Source: an uncultured bacterium
Lineage (GTDB): Bacteria > Hydrogenedentota > Hydrogenedentia > Hydrogenedentales > JAEUWI01
Assembly: GCA_963977445.1 (NCBI GenBank)
Contig: CAXBPH010000131.1
Span: 1-18,246 of the forward strand
Length of the DNA stretch: 18,246 nt
Direction of reading: 5' to 3'
The notes under the pieces are model-generated. The model was not told the origin of the DNA and did not search any database. It saw only the letters and a list, made by a program, of their open reading frames with translations. Numbering within the stretch: the stretch's first letter is position 1; the number at the start of each line of letters is the position of its first letter. This document shows, piece after piece, positions 9,266 through 16,580 of this stretch. The translations under genes and the position numbers were made by a program.

Positions 9266-12200
9266 ATGCGTGAATATGATCTCATACTAGGAATCCTCGC
9301 CTGCCAGCTGCGCCTGCTTTCGCGCAATGCCCTTGCAGAAATAGCCGTCACGCTCGGTACTGATGCGGACACCACGCTGGCCGGACTCCTACGCACGGTC
9401 GATCTCATCAATAAGGAAAACCACACACTCCTCATTCGAATGACCGATGAGCTCATTCATGCTCACCAGGGCAATGCAGCAGCGGCGCTCCATACCATTG
9501 GCGGTGATGCCGCCGTCCAGGATGCCTTTGCTCGTTCCATCATACGCGATGGGGTTACCTGGCTCCCCAGTGAAGACGCTACGCTCGTGGCGGAGCACCT
9601 GCCCCACGGCCTGCCCGCGCAAATTACTCCGGAATCGATCGGACGCTACACCAGAGGCTCCGAATATGCCCGGGGCGGTATCGGACGCATATTGCTGGTG
9701 CACGACGAACAAATCGGCCGGGACGTCATCCTCAAAGAGTTACTGCCCCGCCACACCGTGAGCCCCACCGACCCCACGCTTTCGCGCATGCCGCCACCGG
9801 AGAGTCCCGGAAGCCCAGGAAGTCCCATACGACAATCCGCGTCCATGATGGCCCGCTTTCTGCAAGAAGCAAAAATTACGGGTCAATTGGAACACCCCTC
9901 CATTGTTCCCGTATATGAGCTGGGCCTCCGAAACGACGGCCAACTCTACTACACAATGAAACTGGTCCGGGGCGACACCCTGGCCAAGGCCATCTCCGCG
10001 CGCACGACCAGAGAAACACGACTATCCCTGCTGCGCTCCTATCTTGATGTCTGCCAGGCCATGGCCTATGCACACACCAAAGGGGTCATACACCGTGACC
10101 TGAAACCCTCCAATATCATGATTGGAGAGTTCGGCGAATGCGTCGTCCTCGACTGGGGCCTCGCCAAGATGCAGCGCGAGGTGGACGCCCATCAGGAGAC
10201 GATGGAAAAAACCATCAGCCAGCTCAAACTGACCGACCAGAACCTCGGCGGACTGCGTACACGCTCCAAAGAAGTCCTGGGCACCCCACTGTATATGTCC
10301 CCCGAACAGGCACGGGGTGCTGTCGATGAAATCGGCCCCCACTCCGACGTCTACAGTCTCGGCGTCATCCTTTATGAAATCCTGACGGGGACCCTTCCCC
10401 ACGTATGGACCAATTCTTCCGACACGGTCCAACGGGTCGGGTCGATCCCCGTCCCCCCCGTGGCAAAAACGGAGCCCAACACGCCCCCCGAACTCGCCGC
10501 CATCTGTGACAAGGCGCTCCACTTTGAAGCAAGCAAACGCTACCCATCGGCGCAGGAACTGGCCGATGATATTTCTCAGTTCCTGGAAGGTGCCGTCGTC
10601 GATGCCTATAGCTACAGCGTAGGCGACCTCCTCCGACGACTCTATCGGCAGCACAAGACGTTGATTCGGGTGACCGCCTCGGCCACGCTGATTATCCTGC
10701 TCATCGGCATCTTTTCCTATGTAAACATTTATCACGCGCGTATCGTCGCAGAAAACGCCCGCATCGTCGCCGAAGAACAGCGCCAAATCGCCGAGTCCCA
10801 GCGACAACAGGCCGAGGAACAACGGGTACGCGCCGAAGAGGCCGAAGAAGAGAGCGCTCGCGGAAAATACGTCTCCGATATACGCCTCGCGGATGCCTAC
10901 ATCCGGGACTACAAATTCCAGGCCGCCGAAGACATCCTGCTGGACACGGATCCGCGCTACCGCAATCTCGAGTGGAACTATCTCATCGGCCAATGTAATC
11001 AGGACATGGGCACCCTCCGTGGCCACACGGCGAGTGTCTTCGCTCATGTCTCCCACAAGGGCGCATACATATTGACTATGGCCGGCGACAACACGGCGCG
11101 TCTGTGGAATGCTCAGACGGACCAAACGCTGTTCACGTGGAAGCTTTCCGACGCGGGGGTGATGAATGGAGCCTTCAGCCCCACGGATGCGCAGGTGGCG
11201 ATTTGGTTCTTTGACGGCACGATCCAGGTATTCAACACCGAGTCGGGTGCCCTCGACCATGAATGGGCCGCCCATCCCTCGCGCATCGACGCGGTCGCCT
11301 TTGACAGCACGGGCACGTTGCTTGCCACGGCAGGCGAAGACCAAACCCTTCGCCTCTGGAATGCGACCACCTTCGAACTCCTCCACGACGCGGCCACACC
11401 GGACTTCGCGGTTTCTGGCTTGCTGTTCACAGGCAATAACAATGCACTGCTGGCCACATCGCGGGTCGGTTCGGCTCGAATATATACGGTGGCCGACGTC
11501 TCGCTTGCGCGATCCGAAGATTCGCTGGGGACGGTAATTGCCCGTTCGGACACGGCGTTATTTTCCTATCAGGATCACAACCTCACCAAACGCGCCCTAC
11601 CAGACTTTTCTATCGAGTGGACGGTGACCGTTCCCAACCGGCCTGCCACCGCGCAATTCTACCCGGAACATGACGCGCTGCTCCTTGGGTTTGACGATGG
11701 CTCCATCGAAGCACGACGAGGAAACGACGGCTCGCCTGCCAGCGTGTTGCACCCGGGTCACCCCTTCGACAAGTGTATGCTCAACGTGGACGGCAACCGG
11801 GTGATTACCATCGCTCTGAATGGGAGCATCCGCGTTTACGACGTGGAGTCCACTGACGTGGTGCTTCAGGTTGCGGGCCATAACGGCACCATTTCTACCG
11901 CAATGGTGTCCCCTGATGACACCTACCTGCTTACCGGATCACAGGACGGAACCGCGAAGAAGTGGCGACTGGACTCGGCCGGTGCCAACGAAATAGTCGC
12001 TCGGGTAGCCGCCGGGTCCCTGCTATGCGCAGAAAGTGGCGACGGCAACACCCTGGGCGTCCTGGCACCGGACCAACACCTCCGCATCATTGACCTCCCC
12101 TCGGGGGCAACAACTTTCGAAGCGGCCTTTCCCGTATTGCGTAGTGCCCATTGCACGGCCCTCAACACCGATGGTACCCTCCTCGTCGCGGTGGCCGACG

Positions 12201-13675
12201 AGTTCTTGCCCCTCGTCCTGTCCTTGCCCGACGGTGACGTAGTGAGCCAATTGCATGGCCACAACGGGCTCATCTCCCACGTAACCTTCAGCCCTACGGA
12301 AGACGTGGTGGCAACCACCTCGTGGGACCAGACGGTTCGTATTTGGGATGGCCGCACAGGGACAATCCGAAGCATCCTCGAAGGCCATGAAGACGCCGTT
12401 ATAAACGCACGATTCTCACCCGACGGGCGCCGCATCGCAACCCTGTCCCTCGACAATTCGGTCCGAATATGGCAATGGGACAACAACGAAGTTTTACTTA
12501 AGATCTCGGCAACCACGGCACCGGTAGAAATCGCCTTCTCTCCGAGCGGCACACGCATCGCCGCTGCATTCCGGGGCGGCCTGTTTCAAATCTGGAATAT
12601 CGATACCGGCACCATGGAATTTGAAAGTAAGGAAAAAATCGCCGATATCCATGCCATTGGCTTCGCAAGCGACGAGAAACGACTCCTCACGTGGAACGCT
12701 CAGGCGGATATGGATTGCTGGGACGTAGAAGACGGGCGACATCTCGTGGCCGCCCCCGCGTCGGCTCCCCCTTCATCCCTCTGGCTCCATGGGCCGTCCG
12801 CCCCGCCCTATCTGTTAACCAGTCAGCGTGACGGCACCGTCGTCCGCAACAACCTTTCGGAACAATCTACGGCACCGGCCGTTAACAATCGCGACGCACT
12901 ATACGCCCTCCTTGCCGAATCGGCCACACCGAAGCAGCCCACACCGGCCGTCCCCGCTCCTGACTCGGAGGATGACCTGCGTCGGTATTATCTGCCCCAG
13001 GAGGCCATCGTCAGGCTACTCACTAGCCTCGAAACGCGCGACGCCAATTCCCAATGGACCGACGACGAGAGCCTTCCGCCAATCCGGCCCGTGACGCTTG
13101 AACCTGGTGACGTCGTCCGTGAGCTGAATGGGCTGAACCCAACCTTATTTCTTTCCGACGATAGTGCCTCGCTTCGCACGGCCCTTAGCGCTGGCGACGT
13201 CCCCCTTCAACTCACCATTGCCCGTGGCGATTTCGTCCGCCATCTCGAACTCCGGGGCCTGCCGGTCCGCCAGAGCGAACGCACCGTCGTATTGGACCCG
13301 ACCCAGGCCAAAGCCATGCTGGAATCAGCCCTGCTCGCATCGGAATCCATCCTGGCCGAAGTAAGCACCGAATATGCCGAGCGCCTCGGGCGTTCCTTCG
13401 ACGGCGACGCAGCTACGTACGACAGCGGCATATGGCTTCCCAGTCCGCGAAGTTCCCTGCGCCGCGCGATGCTCCGCACCGCCGGGCTGGAAGTGTCCAG
13501 CGCGATCACCGCTATCAATGGTGCGCCCGTACCCGCCTTTAAGCAACTGAAGGCGCAATTGGAACGGGTCGCCGGTGAACTGACGGACCAGTCACCCTTC
13601 GAACTACAAATTCAGATGGAGCGCGGCGTATTTGAAACCGTCACGCTGAACCTACGCAGCACGTCCCCCCCATGA
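9266..13675 (+). CDS. Hanks-type Ser/Thr protein kinase with TM helix, coiled coil, WD40 repeats and C-terminal PDZ-like region
   Basis: Start ATG 9266 (or 9260) chosen from alignment with the paralogue at 17617 (MREYDLILG vs MRDYDILFG). Kinase motifs YARGGIGRI, VILKE, RFLQEAKITGQLEHPSIVPVYE, VIHRDLKPSNIM, VLDWGLAK, GTPLYMSPEQ, SDVYSLGVILYE. TM ASATLIILLIGIFSYVNI. WD40 units such as LRGH...DNTARLWN, GHNGLISHVTFSP...DQTVRIWD, GHEDAVINARFSPDG...DNSVRIWQ. Confidence 0.95.
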   Translation: MREYDLILGILACQLRLLSRNALAEIAVTLGTDADTTLAGLLRTVDLINKENHTLLIRMTDELIHAHQGNAAAALHTIGGDAAVQDAFARSIIRDGVTWLPSEDATLVAEHLPHGLPAQITPESIGRYTRGSEYARGGIGRILLVHDEQIGRDVILKELLPRHTVSPTDPTLSRMPPPESPGSPGSPIRQSASMMARFLQEAKITGQLEHPSIVPVYELGLRNDGQLYYTMKLVRGDTLAKAISARTTRETRLSLLRSYLDVCQAMAYAHTKGVIHRDLKPSNIMIGEFGECVVLDWGLAKMQREVDAHQETMEKTISQLKLTDQNLGGLRTRSKEVLGTPLYMSPEQARGAVDEIGPHSDVYSLGVILYEILTGTLPHVWTNSSDTVQRVGSIPVPPVAKTEPNTPPELAAICDKALHFEASKRYPSAQELADDISQFLEGAVVDAYSYSVGDLLRRLYRQHKTLIRVTASATLIILLIGIFSYVNIYHARIVAENARIVAEEQRQIAESQRQQAEEQRVRAEEAEEESARGKYVSDIRLADAYIRDYKFQAAEDILLDTDPRYRNLEWNYLIGQCNQDMGTLRGHTASVFAHVSHKGAYILTMAGDNTARLWNAQTDQTLFTWKLSDAGVMNGAFSPTDAQVAIWFFDGTIQVFNTESGALDHEWAAHPSRIDAVAFDSTGTLLATAGEDQTLRLWNATTFELLHDAATPDFAVSGLLFTGNNNALLATSRVGSARIYTVADVSLARSEDSLGTVIARSDTALFSYQDHNLTKRALPDFSIEWTVTVPNRPATAQFYPEHDALLLGFDDGSIEARRGNDGSPASVLHPGHPFDKCMLNVDGNRVITIALNGSIRVYDVESTDVVLQVAGHNGTISTAMVSPDDTYLLTGSQDGTAKKWRLDSAGANEIVARVAAGSLLCAESGDGNTLGVLAPDQHLRIIDLPSGATTFEAAFPVLRSAHCTALNTDGTLLVAVADEFLPLVLSLPDGDVVSQLHGHNGLISHVTFSPTEDVVATTSWDQTVRIWDGRTGTIRSILEGHEDAVINARFSPDGRRIATLSLDNSVRIWQWDNNEVLLKISATTAPVEIAFSPSGTRIAAAFRGGLFQIWNIDTGTMEFESKEKIADIHAIGFASDEKRLLTWNAQADMDCWDVEDGRHLVAAPASAPPSSLWLHGPSAPPYLLTSQRDGTVVRNNLSEQSTAPAVNNRDALYALLAESATPKQPTPAVPAPDSEDDLRRYYLPQEAIVRLLTSLETRDANSQWTDDESLPPIRPVTLEPGDVVRELNGLNPTLFLSDDSASLRTALSAGDVPLQLTIARGDFVRHLELRGLPVRQSERTVVLDPTQAKAMLESALLASESILAEVSTEYAERLGRSFDGDAATYDSGIWLPSPRSSLRRAMLRTAGLEVSSAITAINGAPVPAFKQLKAQLERVAGELTDQSPFELQIQMERGVFETVTLNLRSTSPP

Positions 13676-13797
13676 TTTCCTCCAAGTAAGTACGACACGA
13701 AGGAAAGGAGGCTACATACGAGCGAGCTACACACTATGCGTCCGAGAAGTTCTGTTTCATTCAGGCAACGTAAAATCCCATGGAAAGGTTAATCTAG

Positions 13798-14625
13798 ATG
13801 GCCTATTTTGATGTATTAAAACAGCCGAATAATACAACCCCCGACTGCATCGGTTCTCGAAGCATAAATCTCATGTGTGCTGTGCTCAATACCACGGACT
13901 CGAGTGGCACCGCCGTTCGTATTGACTACGAAGCCCTGTATAACAAGGCATTTCACGTGAGAGGCGGCAACAGCACCTTAGACAATATCATACGAAACAT
14001 CGAGAAAATGGATTCTGTCCTCTGGCACGGCGCAACGGACACCTCCCAAATAGTTTGGGACAAGCTTGTCGATCCCGCAGCTCCTGGTGCGTTAATCCTC
14101 ATAAGAGATCACCTTGCAGCGAGTGGTTACCCCGATGTAAAACTCGGCGATATGTTTAAAGTGAATTATTCTGTTCTCCCGTCGGCGGGTCTTGTTTCCC
14201 ACTATCAATTCATACACACCGCGCTGGAAGGGGTCCACGCCGTCAAGGACGACCAAATGTTTCACTTTTGCGCACCCCTTCTGGCCGTCCAAAACGGCTA
14301 CCGGCTGCCCATCGACGAAGGCGTATACAAAAAATTCATTGGAGATTTCGGTGCCTTTACCATGCAGGATCTATTCCAAAAGAAACTCAGCGATCCTGAC
14401 CATGCAACGACGAAGTTACTCGCAAAACAAGCACGTGCAAATGGACTCCTGTGGGAAGGGCGCCCCATCAAATCACGCCCGCCCAGCCCTATGAGATCTC
14501 GTGAAGGAAACGGCAAGAAATGTGTTGGCAATGTATGTACAGAAGATCCCCAGCATCCGGAATATTGGTGCAGTCAAGTCCCTGACGGCAACGGTGGATA
14601 CGTCTGCGCAATGGGCAGCGACTGA
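13798..14625 (+). CDS. Hypothetical protein, paralogue A (275 aa), with C-terminal 4-Cys module
   Basis: ATG with GGAAAGG upstream; aligns end to end with the next ORF, with mostly synonymous differences in conserved blocks, which supports real coding. No family recognised. Confidence 0.88.
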   Translation: MAYFDVLKQPNNTTPDCIGSRSINLMCAVLNTTDSSGTAVRIDYEALYNKAFHVRGGNSTLDNIIRNIEKMDSVLWHGATDTSQIVWDKLVDPAAPGALILIRDHLAASGYPDVKLGDMFKVNYSVLPSAGLVSHYQFIHTALEGVHAVKDDQMFHFCAPLLAVQNGYRLPIDEGVYKKFIGDFGAFTMQDLFQKKLSDPDHATTKLLAKQARANGLLWEGRPIKSRPPSPMRSREGNGKKCVGNVCTEDPQHPEYWCSQVPDGNGGYVCAMGSD

Positions 14626-14699
14626 GCAATAAGGACCGACACGTCTTTTCCTTCAACACCATTGGCCGTTGACCGCCATCCACTACAAGGAGAAATGAG

Positions 14700-15584
14700 T
14701 TGAGTCATTTTGACGTAAGTACCTTACGACCCAACGCGCCGGATTCCATTGCTACACGCAGTATTAATCTGATGTGCGCAATGCTCAAAACAGGCAACAA
14801 CACAGTCAATTATGGAATGCTCTACGAGGACGTGCTCCACAACAACAGTGGAAGCAGCACGCTGGATAAAATTATCTCAAACGTATCCAATATGGACGCC
14901 ATACTCAGGCGGGGTGCAACAGAAGCCAACAACTCGGAAATCGTATTCCACAAATTGATACGTGATACTGCAGGAAACCTCGGCGCATTAACCAATATTC
15001 ACGCAAGGCTAAACGCCGATCCAAACAATATCCCTGAAATCCGCCTCGGTGATATGTTCAGAGTGAACTTTACAACCATCCGGCCAAACAACACCTATAC
15101 GCCAGCATACATCGCGCATATGCAATACATTCACGCACAACTGGAAGGAGTACAGGCTTCAGCAAATGACGAGATGTATCACCTTTGTATGCCCTTCCGA
15201 GCCGTTCAAAATGGCACGGCCCGTCCAGTGGACGACGCCGATTTGAGCGCGTTCTTTGGAGCTTTCAGATATCTTACAATGCAGAATTTCTTCGACACGT
15301 GCTACCCGAGTATGGAAACGCTGAAACCACTGGTTAAAGCGGCAAAAAAAGCAGGAATTCTCTGGGAGGGACGAAGTCTGTCGTCCAGGCCGTTTGCAAT
15401 AGTGAACGAAACAACCGAGAAAAAAGAAACAACCGAGGATAGGTGGACACTAGACAGCCGTGAGGGCAACGGCAAAAAATGTTCCAACAATAGCTGCGTA
15501 GCGGATCCGCTTCATCCTGAATATTGGTGCAATCAGGTTCCAAACGGATCGGGTGGCTACGTGTGTGCACTGGGAAGCGACTAA
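14700..15584 (+). CDS. Hypothetical protein, paralogue B (294 aa), with C-terminal 4-Cys module
   Basis: TTG start 7 nt after AAGGAG (14687-14692); N-terminus MSHFDV matches MAYFDV of paralogue A; shared blocks RSINLMCA, STLDxII, LGDMFxVN, IHxxLEGV, AVQNG, LWEGR, SREGNGKKC, HPEYWC, GGYVCAxGSD. Confidence 0.88.
   Translation: MSHFDVSTLRPNAPDSIATRSINLMCAMLKTGNNTVNYGMLYEDVLHNNSGSSTLDKIISNVSNMDAILRRGATEANNSEIVFHKLIRDTAGNLGALTNIHARLNADPNNIPEIRLGDMFRVNFTTIRPNNTYTPAYIAHMQYIHAQLEGVQASANDEMYHLCMPFRAVQNGTARPVDDADLSAFFGAFRYLTMQNFFDTCYPSMETLKPLVKAAKKAGILWEGRSLSSRPFAIVNETTEKKETTEDRWTLDSREGNGKKCSNNSCVADPLHPEYWCNQVPNGSGGYVCALGSD
15408..15437 (+). repeat. 12-bp direct repeat GAAACAACCGAG x2 (encodes ETTE-KK-ETTE)
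   Basis: Copies at 15408-15419 and 15426-15437, inside the linker present in paralogue B but absent from A. Confidence 0.85.
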
Positions 15585-15701
15585 GGACTTTCAACCAGAA
15601 CAAGATTCAATCATACGCTCGATGCCTAATTGGCGTACCGGGTATAGCTACCCCCAACGCGACGACTATAATGGCAAAGACGTAGAAAGTGTCCAGCTAT
15701 C

Positions 15702-15754
15702 TTGGCCACGTCCTCAACAGGCTCCATCCCTTTGGGGGCGTGGCTAATTTCGTT
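15702..15754 (+). terminator. Putative intrinsic terminator / long stem-loop after the paralogue pair
   Basis: TTGGCCACGTCCTCAA (15702-15717) pairs with TTGGGGGCGTGGCTAA (15732-15747): 16 bp including 3 G-U pairs that only form on the + transcript; 14-nt loop; followed by TTTCGTT (a weak U-tract). Confidence 0.55.
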
Positions 15755-15814
15755 CGTAATAGTGGCACGTCGTACTCCATACGTTACCCCAAGTAAATAC
15801 CAAGAGGATTCCCC

Positions 15815-16570
15815 ATGGACAACCAGGCCCTGCAACGTGATTTCGACCGCGATGGCTACATCGGTCTGCCCCAGTTCTGGTCCCCACTGGAGATGGCGGA
15901 ACTCCAAAACAACCTGCAACGCTTCATCGAAACCGTTCTACCTACCCTCCCTCCCGAGCGGGTCTTTTACGAAGACAAAGCCCGCCCCGAGTCCCTGAAG
16001 CAGATTCAACAGCTCTATGAATACGACGACTATTTTCACAAGCTCATGTTTGACAGCCCCTTCCAGGCGGTGGCGGAAGCGGTCTTGAAAGGTCCCGTCG
16101 TGGCCAAAAACATGCAGTATTTCAACAAAGCCCCCGGCCACAATCAGCCCACACCACCCCATCAGGATGGCTACTATTTCAATCTGGACCCCTGCGAAGC
16201 CGTCACCCTCTGGTTCGCCCTCGACGAGGTGGATGAAGAGAATGGCTGCGTTCGCTATGCCCGCGGCTCTCATCGGGGCGGTCTCCTGCCCCACGGTCGC
16301 ACCCAGACCCTGGGCTTTTCGCAGGGCCTGCTGGACCGAGGACCCTGCGAAGATCCCGAGACCATGGTCGCCTGCCTGGCCCAACCGGGCGACTTGCTTG
16401 CCCACCACGCGCTGACCATACACTGGGCCGATGGAAACCAGAGTGCCATCCGTGATCGCCGGGCACTCGGTTTCATATACTATAGTGCAGCGGCCCGGGA
16501 AGACCGGGTACGCCACGAGGCCTACCAACAGGAACTGGCCGATTCGTTGACCCGAGCCGGAAAACTATAG
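15815..16570 (+). CDS. Phytanoyl-CoA dioxygenase (PhyH) family Fe(II)/2-oxoglutarate dioxygenase
   Basis: [23 protein letters not shown] (HxD), [15 protein letters not shown]...[21 protein letters not shown]...RRA (distal His and 2OG-binding Arg); GAGGA RBS. Confidence 0.93.
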   Translation: MDNQALQRDFDRDGYIGLPQFWSPLEMAELQNNLQRFIETVLPTLPPERVFYEDKARPESLKQIQQLYEYDDYFHKLMFDSPFQAVAEAVLKGPVVAKNMQYFNKAPGHNQPTPPHQDGYYFNLDPCEAVTLWFALDEVDEENGCVRYARGSHRGGLLPHGRTQTLGFSQGLLDRGPCEDPETMVACLAQPGDLLAHHALTIHWADGNQSAIRDRRALGFIYYSAAAREDRVRHEAYQQELADSLTRAGKL

Positions 16571-16580
16571 CGCACAACCC

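Noticed and set aside
13676..13797. Perfect SD-like AAGGAGG and weak inverted repeats after kinase 1
   Set aside because: No suitably spaced start codon follows, and the stems are only 5-6 bp with long loops.
14497..15581. The two similar 3' ends as a diversity-generating retroelement TR/VR pair or a recent gene conversion
   Set aside because: Differences are mostly synonymous and not adenine-specific, both copies are coding, and no reverse transcriptase is in the window.
15622..15747. 41-codon ORF MPNWRTGYSYPQ... as a small precursor peptide
   Set aside because: No RBS, no recognisable motif, and its 3' end coincides with the stem-loop; cannot be supported from sequence alone.
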